From Cetorhinus maximus (Eukaryota), in contig NC_135880.1 in assembly GCF_964194155.1 (NCBI RefSeq), positions 214,396,001-214,460,000 on the forward strand: 64,000 nucleotides of DNA. Direction: 5' to 3'. Numbering within the stretch: position 1 is the first letter of the stretch; each line of letters starts with the position of its first letter. Under the pieces are notes generated by a model. It had not been told where the DNA came from. It worked only from the letters and a program-made list of their open reading frames with translations, and ran no database searches. Both the position numbers and the translations under genes were made by a program. This document shows positions 35,660 to 48,168 of this stretch, piece after piece.

Positions 35660-37120
35660 GGGTAGCCCAACTTTACAAAAGGTGCCTCAAACAGGCGTTG
35701 GACACATTATTTACACAAGCAGAACACCCTGTTTCTGGCACTGATCCTGGACACCTCTTTTTCTGCTTTTTCCAATTTATCAGTTGGCACATTTCCAGTG
35801 TATGTGCGTGCTCCATCCATCATATTGAATGCATAGGTGTCTACTTTGAAACGTGGGTGTGGCATCATTGAATTTCTAGGCCGCTGTTTACTACAAGTAA
35901 AAAACTGTTAGGCTTAAATGTGTTTTTATTATTAACACACAGCAATAGATATACTAAGCCAATATATTATTAAATATAGAACCAGAAACCAAAAATTTGA
36001 AATGAGGAGGGTAGAAATTCTAGTTTGAATACTATTGGCTCAATACAATGACATTTTATTTAGTGGTATATGGTGCAATATAAAGGGATAATGGCTATTA
36101 TGCTAATGGCTAGAGTGAATCATCAGTGATGTCAGAGGATTTAAGATCACTGGAACCTGAGGGAAGAAGGTTCAATGGAGTCCTGCTAAAGTCTGTCTCT
36201 GTAAACAGTGTAACTAGCCAATAAATATTCACTAGTTTGTAAAACATGCATTTCAGATCTCTTCTATTGAAGGCACCCAGGGCCTGGTTGTGATAATAAT
36301 ACATGGTGGCAGCATTCTGTGAACCATTTACTAAGCTTCCCAGTCATCGCCAATAAATTTGGGAAGAGTGAAGGCTGTCGGCCCAGCACAGTGTCACAGC
36401 AGCAACCGGAGCAACTAATCAAACCTGGAGTCCCACGACTGCTGACTAGAAGTTCACAGACCTATGAGAAAAGCCTTACCTCTGCCTGAGCCCCTGAATT
36501 ACATGGAGATCCTCAACCAAGCTGCGCACTGGAGAACTACGAACTGGTGCCACCAATTCAGTCCACACCAGAGTGCCTCCAGACACAATCAGAAACCAGA
36601 TAACAATCAGGTCAGTATTCTCCTTTATGTAATTGCCAACTGTGCTGACAACATTTTAAGAAGACAGGGGGTTGATGAAGATATACCACTAAATATGAAG
36701 AAGTCATCAAGCTTCAATTCCTACTTTAGCCTGTGGCGCAATATCATAATAGACCAGGCAAAATGCAACCAACGCACCTGGTGAGAAGATTGATTCTTTT
36801 ATAAATGACCTGTATTGCTTAGCAGATAACTGTGAGTATGGGACATTGAGAGAGGAGCTCATCAGAGACTGAATCATGGTGGGGGTGATCGATGAAGCAT
36901 TGTCAGACTTCTTACAGTCCAGAGAAGATTTCACTTTGTCCAAAGCAATACAGTAAGCCAGGCAGGCTGAACTTTGCAAGCAAGACGGCCTATTCATCCA
37001 GGGTGGCGGGGAGCCTTCCTGGGTGCAGACCACGGACTCAGTCCAATTCATGAACCATAGGGCGATCAGCACGCCTGCCAGAAAAGGAAGCCAGTATGAA
37101 GAGGGCATGGTTGGCACCAT

Positions 37121-37685
37121 GGGCAGAACTTTTCGTCCTGCGGGTGGGCACACACCCGACACGATCAGGAGTAAAATAGTGCGCGATGACGTTGGGCGAG
37201 CATCCCGATGTCATCGCGCACTCTCATGACATTTCGGTTGGCGGGCGCATGCGAGAGTCAGCAGCCTGCCCGCCGACAAACAAGAGGCCCATTAAGGCCC
37301 TTAGGCAAGCAATTAAGTAGAGTTTTTCGCTGCCTGTCCAACCTTACAGTTGGCGGGCGGGCAAATAGGCCAGGCGGCCTTTGCAAATCCTCATCCACGA
37401 GGCTCCCAACGGTAAACAAAAAAAAATAAAGTTTTTTAAAAATCATCTTTAACATGTCCCTCTTCATGTGACTGAGTCACGTGTGGGGACATGTTCATAT
37501 TGTTTGTAGAATCTTTATTTTTAATTTTAAAAATCTTCAGCTCCCTGAGGAAGCCCTGTGTCTTCAGGGAGCTTTCACTGAGCGCACCCCCACGCCTGCG
37601 CACACTGCAGCGCTCGCACTCCTCCCACTCCTCCTACCCCGACAGCGCTGAGGCTCTCAGCGTGCGTTTCACACTGGCTGGCTAC
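37121..37685 (+). mobile_element. Harbinger-type MITE, family A, copy 3 (right end truncated)
   Basis: Start GGGCAGAACTTT; homologous to 50820-51349; internal hairpin aacatgtccc...gggacatgtt. Confidence 0.8.
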
Positions 37686-37964
37686 GCTGTGGCCCTCTGA
37701 CCAAAGGAAGACATTCTTTTCTCATCGAGGTGAGGCGAGAGGAAGCGGGAGACGGGTGCGCCAAGGATGAAGCCACAAGATGACATTCTAGACCAAAATT
37801 AGCTCTTTCGGGAAAGAGTGGAAGAGGATGATAACCAAGATACTGCTGATATCGATGATTTGTCGCAGGAGGAGATCCTGAACCTTGCTTTGCTTTTTGA
37901 AGACAACGCAGATGATGACGATGCCTGTCCAGATACCTCTAGTGAGGGGTATCAGCATGTAATT

Positions 37965-38558
37965 GGATTAGAGCTTCTGAGGAGTGGCAGTCACAGTCGG
38001 ATTGCCACTCTGCTCCTTTTCACTTACAGTAGAACACAGCTGCACATTTCTCGCCCGACTTTCCAACTCGGGCCGGGTGAGAGAAGTGCTGTGTAGCGAG
38101 TTCCCGAGGCCTTCAGACAATGCAGTAGCATCAAGGGAAAGGAAGGCATACTTCCCTTTTTACGGCACTAGCTGCTGTCAGGGGTTCGGGAGGGAAGACA
38201 GGGGCGGGTGGGAATTCATGGGGTGGAGAGGTGGGTGGGGTAGGGCAGGGTGAGGAGGTAGTTGGTGGTGTTGGGAGGGTGGGAGGTTGGTGTTGGGGGA
38301 TTGAGTGTAGTTGGGGGATCCAGTGGTTGGGGTCAGGGGGTCAATACTATGGGGAACAATTCTAATAAGACAGTTGGAACCATCCAAAGTCTCTGATTTA
38401 AATTGGAATATTTGATAGTTCCCAATGCAGGGTAATTGCCCATCAGTTCCAGGCAAGTACCATCAGCCCTTGCATGGGGACCTCCAGGGCTGCCCCAGCA
38501 CATCTTCTGGGGTACCACCTACCTACCACCCCACCCTGGAGTTTAGAAGTTATGGGCC
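37965..38558. mobile_element. Old TIR element with 3-bp TSD inside LTR element 2
   Basis: Degenerate termini GGATTAGAGCTTCT / AGAAGTTATGGGCC with TSD ATT. Removal rejoins the acidic reading frame GYQHVI|EEGDKDVK. Confidence 0.55.
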
Positions 38559-39967
38559 ATTGAAGAAGGTGATAAAGATGTCAAATCGTTTGTTCATTCT
38601 GCTGAAGACACCAATGTCATACAACAATAATCTGATGCAGCAATCTTTATGTACATTGGAGATCCAAGACGACACTCACTACTGCCACTGTAGCCATTGT
38701 AGAACAAATCCCTGCTATTGTTGAATCCGAAGTTAAATGTGGAGATCAATAAATTACAGAGGTGCTTACTACAGATCTTACTAACACCATAGGTGTACAA
38801 GAAAGTGCAATTTCTCTTCCCCTGCATGTTTCTTTCACTTTTGATGGTGGGGACAGCATACATTCCGAGGAGGTTCCAGAAATGTTCATGCCTACTGAGG
38901 AGCAAACTCACACGGAAGAGAGTGTGCAAGTTGAAACACTACCTACAGAAACAAAAATCCATACAGTACTGGCAGGACAGTCACCTTTTTTTCTTCACTA
39001 CATTCTTCGTCCTTCTCTTCATCCACCTGATTCGTTCATGGGTGAGGCATTACCTAATACTTTGTTCGTTGCAGCAGTAGAAGTTTGCGGACCCTTTACA
39101 GCTGTAATAAGTGTTCGCAGGAGCTGAATGAGCTTCATTCTTTCAAGTCAGAGCAGCCAGCACTTCAACCTTTCTCCAGACTACCAAGAAGAAGGGAAAA
39201 GAAAAAAGGGAAGACAAAGAACATCTTTGTTCATCTCCTTTATACTGTGGATCAAAAGCAGAGATTTCTGTCTGAGATTGGTGTCTTTCAAGGAGAAGAC
39301 TACGGACAGAATACGTCATACACGTCCACAAAGAAAGCCAAGAACACAGTTGAAGATTGACGCCACCGGCAGACAAAACTAGGAGGTGGGTTGCTGGGGG
39401 GCGGTTGTGGATGGAGTAGGAGTAGGTTAAATGTGTAAATAGTTAATGTTAATGAGTAGAATGAAATATTTGTGGGGAGGTGTAATATAAATGTCAATAG
39501 CTATTGTGCTAATAGCTGGAGTCAGATAATGTCAGATCACATGTAACGAACCTGAAGGAAGAAGATTCTAATGGAGTCCTGTTAAAGTCTGTCTCTGTAA
39601 ATAGTGTAAATAGTCAATAAATGTTCACTAGATTGCAACAGATTAATTTCCAGCTCTCTTCTATTGAAGGCACCCAGAGTCCAAACGTGATAATAATACA
39701 TCTGGATTTTTCCTAAAGGTATCAGGGGAGGGAATAAGGAAAATTATTACTGAGTGTGAACTAACATTCTGTGCTCAGGCAGGAACTACTTTTTGTTAGC
39801 TAATTGGGGAATTTTTTGGAATACGCAGAGCTTGCGTGAAGTTTGGATATGTGTAACTAGATTGAAGGTTTAGCAAATGACGGTGATAATTTGGTGGGGC
39901 TACATGGTTAAAGAGCTTATAACTTTGTCAGCAATAATGTTACGAAAGAGACTAAAACACTGACAAA

Positions 39968-40205
39968 AGCTTTTTCACACAGTGAGTGATTAGGATCTGG
40001 AATGCACTGCCTGACAGTGTGGTGGAGGCAGGTTCAATCGAGGCTTTTAAGAGGGAGTTGGATTAATATCTGAAAAATAACAATGTAGGAGGCTACGGGG
40101 AAGAGAAGGCGGGGTAGTGGCACCGGGTAAATTGCCTCTTCGGAGAGCCAGCATAATCACGACGGGCCGAATGGCAGCTTCCTGTGCTGTAACCATTCTG
40201 TGATT
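39968..40205 (+). mobile_element. CR1 3' end fragment
   Basis: ttttcacacagtgagtgattaggatctggaatgcactgcctg...gggccgaatggc...ccattctgtgatt. Confidence 0.8.
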
Positions 40206-40219
40206 GAAATATTTAATTA

Positions 40220-41760
40220 AGCTAAGAGCAGGATTGAAGGATAAGGTAGAATACTTATTCCGCTCAGAATAAACTATTCAGATGAGGTTCGTACACAGCA
40301 GGGAACAAAGATTTATAACTGACAGTACGAAAATGTGCTTATGACAGGTATAGCTTGCTCTGTAATGATAGACCTAATAGGCGAGGTGGGGAAGGAGCAT
40401 TACTGGTTCAGGGGAACATAACACCTATCAAAAGGATTGAAATAACAACAGGCGGTAGATGGTCCAAACAGGATGAGTTCAAATTAGTAATGATAAAAGT
40501 TGCAAGTAGTAATTGGCAATTGCTGGTGTCTGCAGGTTCAATGAAAATGATAGCTAGATAGTGAGTTGTTTAGCTAAATGAGAGAGGCAGCAGGAAATCA
40601 TGAGGGATTTCAATATCCTGGAGGTAAAGTGGACTGATCAGGAACACTCTTGACTGAAACATGAAAGCGCTAACAACTTAATAGAAGCAATAAATGGCTT
40701 TTTCTTAAAATACCATGTGCAGCAGGATACGAGGACAGATGCTGCATTGCATTTAATATTTAAAAGGCTGTCATAAATTATTGTATTCATGGAGGTGGGT
40801 GAACACTTGTATTCTCCTTTAGTAATTATTCCATTGTTAGATTTGATATCAGAATTAAAGCTAAAGCAAATTATAAGGGCTTCAGAAGGGCTAATTTTAA
40901 AGTTATAGCATACAAAGAAAACCCTATTAAAATGGCTTATCACATCCTCACGGCATTTCCAGCACTTTGTGTCCAATGAATCACTTTTCTGATATGTAAT
41001 CACTGTTATATAGGCAAATGTCACACTCAATTTGTGCACAAAAGGTCCCACAAATAGCAAATAAGATACGTGATCAGTTATAGTGGGAGGTGTGACAGGA
41101 ACACAAAACACCTGCGCTAATAAATCGAAAAATTGATTGCCGTTCTAGTAGATTTAGAGGGAGGATTTTTCCTCGGAATTAAGAAAGAATAAAAGTGACG
41201 TCTACTCACTGAATTTAGCAATCAGGAATAGTATGAAGGATGAGTATTTTTCTAATGAACACAGGGAATCAAGAGTTGAAGTTTTGGATTCATTCCAAAT
41301 CAGTTGAGGATAGCTGAAGTTAAGTTGAGTTCAAAGTAATATCAACGAATTGTAGGTAAGAGCAATGTGAAAGATCAAAGCATTTTAAACTCTGTCCATA
41401 ACAGATGGATAGCAGAGAACAAATCGCGTCATTGAAAATTTGAGCAAATGTTAAATCTTTCAGGTCAGTTTTCATGAGGAGTCAAATTTCCACATCGCGT
41501 CAAACTGGCTTCAGAGTGAATGGTAAATGTACAGGTCACTAAAACGTGCGGTCCAAAGAAACTCAAATTGATTAATACCAATGAATTACCTAGAGCTGAA
41601 TGGATGGTCCCAGAATCCTTACAAGATATGATGGAGAAAATAGTTGAGATTTTGCTTAACATCTCTGTATTCAAATTTTCTAAAGAAGGTAAAGGTATAT
41701 GCAATTTATGGCACATCAAGTTAACTAAAATTAATTTGCTGATGGAAACTAAAAGGTGAC
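40220..41760 (+). mobile_element. Highly degraded CR1 ORF2 (endonuclease region) with an inserted SINE fragment at ~40915-41085
   Basis: DRPNRRGGEGALLV and IMRDFNI..W (GGGVALL and GDFN endonuclease motifs). Confidence 0.6.
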
Positions 41761-41789
41761 CAATAAATAAGGCTCCGTTTGGTGAGCAG

Positions 41790-42100
41790 GGTTTGTTCTG
41801 GGTTGTCTTATACCCTCCTCCTTCAGGTACCATGCCCTAAGAGGGCATTGGCAACCATGGACTTCCATTGGATTGGTCCATGATTATGCTGGGCAAAGCA
41901 CTGCAGTGGTTTGCTGTTGCCTTCTGCAGTATGGCTGATCAGGAAACTCTCCTGCTCTTGCCAGATTTACAATGATTTACAAGCTGATAATTATGTTTGC
42001 CCACGGTATGAACACACCTTCCGTGGCTATCAAAGCCTGAAGTGGGACTTGAACCTAAAGCTTCTGGCCCAGAAGTAGGGACACTGCCACTGTGCCACAA
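41790..42100 (-). mobile_element. tRNA-derived SINE
   Basis: Minus-strand head TGGCACAGTGG (A box) and GGTTCAAGTCC (B box); core gcaaaccactgcagtgctttgccc. Confidence 0.65.
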
Positions 42101-42164
42101 GAGCTCCTCTGTCTTATATCACTAATATATAAACAATCAAAAATGTAACTAACATATCTTAACT

Positions 42165-44765
42165 ACCCTCTCAAATGGCCTAGCAAACAACTCTGTTGTA
42201 TCAAAACCTCTACGAAAATATCTAATAAGAATAAAACTGGACTGAGTATCTACCTAGGCACTGGATTCAGACATGACAAAGGTACATGGTGCCCAGTGGA
42301 CACAGCAAAGATCTCACCAACATCTGGGCACTGTGCCAAAGTTAGGTGTGGTGTCTCACAGACTAGTCAAATACAGGCTGACATAATCATACTCACTGAA
42401 TCATACATTACAGCCAATGACCCAGACTCCTGCATCACCTTCCATGGGTATGGCCTGTCACACTGGCAGGATGGACTCACCAAAGGTGGTGGCCCAGGGC
42501 ATATATTGGACTGCTTTCCTGTTCCATTTTCTTTTGTTACTTTGTCTTCAGTTGTAACAACTGCAGAATCAAGCCCTTGTCTTTAGTGAGCTCATGTTAC
42601 ACAATTCAACATGAGTGCCCAGTCAAATCACACAATACAATTCCATTTGATTATATTTACTCTTTATTATTGAGTTCACAATTCGCTAGAAGAGCTCAGG
42701 TACCAACCTTTACCATTCCAGCCTGACCAAACAATTTTACCAATTCCACCTTTGATCTCTACATTCTATGCATGCTAATGCTAAACTGCAATACATTAAA
42801 AGACACACAATGCGGTCTTCAGGTAACGTGGAGTCAAGAAGATACACTCATATTCATCAATCTCTCGCAATCATTCCATTGTCATGGTTACATGGTACAC
42901 CCAAGCACTTTATTCACTTTATTACTATGAACAGTGACCAAACAACATGCCCCAGACACATAAGATATGAATGAGTGACTTTCCTACTCCTTCAGTTCCT
43001 CATCCTTTACAAAGCATCCTTCTTCAGCAGAACTAAAAGCTGTTTTAACTCATAGAATGTTAAACTCACGAACAACGAGGTACATTGAAATACATGGGTA
43101 GCATGAACTCATATTTCCACAGTATACAACCTGGGAATCCTCAGCATTGACTCCAGACTCCATGAAGTCTCATGGCATCATGTCAAACATGGACAACTAC
43201 TTTCCCTCAGCTGATGAATCAGTACACCTTCCTGTTGAACGCCACTTGGAAGAAGCACTGAGGATAGGAAGGGCACAAAATGTACTCAGAATGGGGAAAT
43301 TCAATTGCTTGGTATCAGCATTACTGACCGAGTTGGCAGAATCCTAAAGCACATATCTGCCAGATTGGGCGTGTAGTTGGTGGTGAGAGAACCAACACAA
43401 GGGAAAAAGCTACTCACCCTCATCTCAACCAATTGTCCTGTCATACATACACCTACCCATGACAGTATTAATAGGGGTTATCATTGCACAGTCCTTGTGT
43501 AGACAAAGTACTGTCTACTTGAAACAACTGCCACAACTTGTTTTGCAGTTTGTATAAATTTCGAGATGAATTATGCACTTTGAATTCAGTAGTAATAAGA
43601 CCACCAAGTGTTATGGGTTTTACAAATCTAGATGAAACATTTACTAATAAGAGAAATGATTTTAGATACATACATAGATCTACAAATTACCACTATGATA
43701 ATTTCTAAATTTGCCTAATCAATCTAACTCCCAGATACACCTCCATTAAGGCAATAGTAAGACACATAGATTTTAAAAGACCCAGGCAAAGAAACATGGT
43801 ACCCTGAACAAGTCGAATTCAAAGTGAATTTTCTTAACTTTAGTCCTTTGAAAATAGCAGCTTGAAGCATCGATGCTGAAGGCTTTTCACACTTGTAAGA
43901 TCTTAAAATGCCTTCCCTTACAACCAGTCTTCTCTCCTGCTTTTGAAAACAATTAGTCTGGTTTATTTAAAAATGCAAATGTTCCCTTGTCACCTATGTT
44001 TCTAAACTTCCCCATGTTTACCTAATTAACATTTCAAACCTAACTTTTCTTCTTACATCAAAACACCCAGATTAACTGGCTCTAATTCAATTAAGTCTCA
44101 CACACATACACACACATACCCACACAGACATATATAGACACATCCCACTTTTACTCTACTTTAGAATTTTACATTAAATTCCTATAACATTATGGAAATT
44201 ATTATATCTTCCTGACAATGAGGCACCCATGGCCCTGCATATCCATCACTCTATCATTACCATCTAGCTAGGGGACCAACTCTGGTTCAATAAGAAATGT
44301 ATAAGAGCATGCCAAGAGCAACACCAGGCATGCCTAAATTTGAGGTGCCAATCATGGTGAAGCTACAACACAGGACAGAGCAAAATAATCCCACAACCAA
44401 TGGATCAGAACAAAGTTCTGTGGTCCTTTCACAATTGTGGTGCATAATTAAACAGCGAACCAGAAGAGGAGGCTCCATAAATATCCCTATCCTCAGTGAG
44501 GGAGAGCTCAGCATGTCAGTGCAAAAAACAAGGCTGAAATGTTTGCAACCATCTTCAGCCAGAAGTGGATGATCAATCTAAGCCGCCTCCTGAGATCCCG
44601 ACCATCATAGATGCCAGTCTTCAGCCAATTTGATTCACTCCATGCAATAACAAGAAACGGCTGAGTGTACTTGATGCCATAAATGCAATGGGCCCTGGCA
44701 ACATCTTGGCTGCAGTCTTGAAAACTTGTGCTCCATAACTGGCATTGCCCCTGGTCAAGTTGTTC
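42165..44765 (+). mobile_element. Degraded CR1-clade LINE (5' part/endonuclease), interrupted by two AT-rich inserts
   Basis: QADIIILTESYI..PDSCITFHGYGLSHWQDG..GGG; later IKQRTRRGGSINIPIL and aacttgtgctcc...gcccctggtcaagttgttc, which overlaps the start of the 62080 copy. Confidence 0.75.
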
Positions 44766-46563
44766 TCTGTGGGCCCATGTATGAAATAGTTTAGAAAGAA
44801 GGTCTGAATGATCTTGAGCAGAAGGAACCTCCCATCTAGTGTATAATTACCTTTAAAACATTTTGATGTATCTCAAAAGGAATTTTTATTCAGAATCTGA
44901 AAATGTGAAATGCAGTCAACCTGGATTAATTCTGTAGACTGGAAACTTTTGTGCAGTATCCCATGGGCTGTGGTCAACTCTCATTGAGAGCTCATGGAGG
45001 CAGTTCACAGATTTCTCATTCTGCAGGTTTTTATCTAATGTTATGTATCCCCCTCGAGAGATTGAATAATTTAGAGTACATGCCACCATACACTTTACAC
45101 AGGGTTAGGGCACATTCCATTGTACATTGCACAAAGCTTTTTTAATTCCATTCTTTACAACTGCCCCATACTTGCTGCCTAGTTATGAATTGCAAACACT
45201 ACCAATATCGTTACACAACCTGATTCCAATTTCTTCAGGTTGGAAATCAGACCAGAACATGTAGTAAATGTGGTGCACTAAAAACACAGGTTGATATACC
45301 ACTGTGATCTTTTGAGGTACATTTTAATAAAAAGCTACAGAGTTTGCAGAATACCCAAGTGTCAGATTCTTTATTAAAAGGCAGGATGCCATGCACACAA
45401 AAACAAATGTGTACCCACTGAGATTTCAAGAGTACCAGTCCAAGGCTACAAATACATTTGAACATCTTTAATATTTTATTGTTAATTGTTAATTTTAAAT
45501 GATAATATGAAGCTGGGACCATGTAGCTCTGCCCTAGGCTGTAATATAGATTGTCCCTTAGTGTTTTTACATTGCTTTGCCTGTTTTAGGTGAATAGTTT
45601 TATGTTTATTTGTAACATGGCTCTATTTCACACTGTCCCACAAGGCAAGAAATAAAAAACTGACCTCAAATGATTTGAAGTATTATACCAGTGCCAACTG
45701 CAGTCAGTTCAAACACTTTCTAATGATTACTTGTTTTTTTTTCTGTGGCATGTTCCATTTCTCCCTTTAATCTTTGCCATCCCAGTGTGTTCAAAAGCAT
45801 TCACTGAATATAAAGACTTAACAGTGACTATAGTCTCAGCTAAACTAGTTAAGAATGCAAAATCAATGAGAAGCGAGTTCTGTTTGTTTAAACTCTGAAT
45901 ATATATGGAATAAACCCCACAGACAGGCTTCAGGCAACAGGGGCACTGGGGGGTGGGGTCTGGGGGCCTGGGTGCCCTGCCTCGGAGGCAACTGTTTTCG
46001 GCAGGGTGGTGTCCGGGGACAACTGCCGCCCTGACATTGGATCTTGCGCACAAGCAATAGAGATGAGGGGGCAGGGTAGGCGAGGGAAGTGGCCATGCAT
46101 TAGGGACACCTCTATAAACTGTCTGCAGCTGAGACAGGCGCAGCCACAGTGATATGATTGAGGTCGGGCTCCTAGCCTGTCTGCCCAGGCAAACAATGCG
46201 GAGGCACCAATGTGCCACCGAGCCCTCCAGACCTTACCCTCCACCACCCTGGCACAGACTGCGAGTCTGCGACCACTTTACTGGGCCGCGCAGCAGTTGG
46301 ACTCCACAAGTAGTAGCAGCCGCTGCTGGAGGTGCTCACAGCCCCTTGCAATCTCAGCATCCCGGTCAGGACCTGTCTCCACCATGTCACAGGCTGACAG
46401 GGCAGCCATGCAGCGCACTCAACTGTGGCCATCTGAGGGGTGACCAGCACTCCCCGGGAAGCATTAAGGGGCAGTCACACAGGGCCAGGAAAGGTGCTAA
46501 GTACACCCACGCTAACCACACCTCTCCCTCTCTTTCATGCTGCAGGAGGACCACATCAGGAGC

Positions 46564-47787
46564 ATGGATCCTGGTGACCTAGCTGTATGCCTGATGGCCT
46601 ACAGAGACCGCAGAAGACGGAGGAGACAGTGACTGAGGCTCCTGGCCGCCCAAAGGCAGGAGCAGCAACTTCATGAAGAAGGGGCAGCAGGGGTTCCCGC
46701 ACATGCTGCCCAGGAGTGACATGGCTGGTCGGTGCCTAGTGACACCCAGGGTCTATAGACACTGCCTGCCATTCCTGCAGACGTCTGAGAACTAGAGTCA
46801 CCGATGACTGCTCATGTCTAGGGACCTGGTTGCTCACATCTACCACTTACTGCAGGACTTGGTGCCACGGGGACATGGAGAGCATCTAGTGCAGTGGCTG
46901 TGAAAGTGACTGCGGTGCTCAGTTTCTATGCCAGGGGCTTCTTTCGGGGCTCCACAGGTGACCTCTGTGGGATTTCACAATCCGCCACCCACAAATGCAT
47001 CCATGAGGTCACGGACACCATCTTCTCCGTGGCAACACAACTTTGTGCATTTCGCCCGGGACCAGGACAGCTAGGATGCAAGGGCCATTGGATTCGCCCA
47101 GATCTCGGGATTCCCACAGGTACAGGGTGCGATCAACTGCAGGCATCTGGTGCTTAGGCCTCCATTGCTGCACATGGTGGAGTACATCAGCCGCAATGGC
47201 AGCTGGTATGCAACCACCAGAAACGCATCCTGCAGGTGTGCGCACGGTTTCCAGGGAGTGTGCCCGACACCTACATCCTCAGTCGCTCGTAGATCCTTGG
47301 AGTCTCCTCGGGTCCACAGAGGCTGCAGGGTTAGCTGCTCGGGGACAAGGGCTACCCACAGAGGCCGTGGCTGATGACACCCGTGTGGAGGCCTCAGACT
47401 GCAGCAGAGCGACGGTGTAATGAGGCTCATGCTGCAACTCGCACCTTGGTGGAGCAGATCATCAGGATGCTGGAGATGAGGTTCCGGTGCCTGGACTGGT
47501 CAGGTGGAGCCCTGCAATACAGTCCACAGAGGGTGTCACGCATCATTGTCATCTACTGTGCCCTTTACAACCTGGCACTCCAACGGGGAGACGAGCTGGC
47601 TGAGGAGGAGATGGAGGAGCTGGAGGTTTCCTTGGATGAGGAGGACGGCAGCAGGAATGAGGGTGAGAGGCTCCTCGGTGGTGACGATGACAGGGATGAG
47701 GCTCTCGCACGGGCTAGATGAGGCAGGCACGCTCGGGAGGCCCTCATAGCTGCCAGATTTGTGGAGGATGATGACGACATGCAGTGA
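46564..47787 (+). pseudogene. Harbinger DDE transposase, copy 3
   Basis: MDPGDLAVCLMAYRDR; AVKVTAVLSFYARGFF; ARFPGS; LLGDKGYP; EAHAATRTLVEQIIRMLEMRFRCLD. Stops and frameshifts present. Confidence 0.93.
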
Positions 47788-48168
47788 GGAGACACCATAG
47801 ATCCTCACATCACAGTTGTGAATGTTTGACTCCAGTCTGGCTTCTGGCAGTGCCAATACCCTCTGTGAGAATGCTCCTGTCATGGAAATGCAGTGGAGGC
47901 CCTAATAGTCGTTCGATCGCATGAGGATGATGGCAACATGCAGTGAGGACACTCCATGAATCTTCACGTAGCCTCTGAGAATGTCTGACTCCTGTCTGGC
48001 CGAGGGCAGCTTGCTTGCGCTCCATTATCAGGGCCATCTCATAGAGACGCAGCCATGAAACTTTAGACGCTGTTTCCACCTTCACCACCTGAGCCCTTCA
48101 GGAGCTGGTGCACAGCATCAATGGTCACAGTATGTACAATGACCAACACCCATGCCCAGGCTGTGCAA

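Larger units (their letters stand above)
36074..39700 (+). mobile_element. Non-autonomous Gypsy-type LTR retrotransposon (gag only, pol absent)
   Basis: LTRs 36074-36303 and 39481-39700 (TG...CA, both ending gataataataca). PBS TGGTGGCAGC at 36304; PPT ggggagg before 39481; TSD TATGG/TCTGG. gag QVSILLYVI..PGEKIDSFINDLYCLADNCEYGTLREELIRD. Confidence 0.9.

Noticed and set aside
42020-42100. tRNA-like A/B boxes (also at ~6830-6905 and ~9335-9400)
   Set aside because: These are SINE heads continuing into SINE bodies, with no intact cloverleaf, so they are not tRNA genes.
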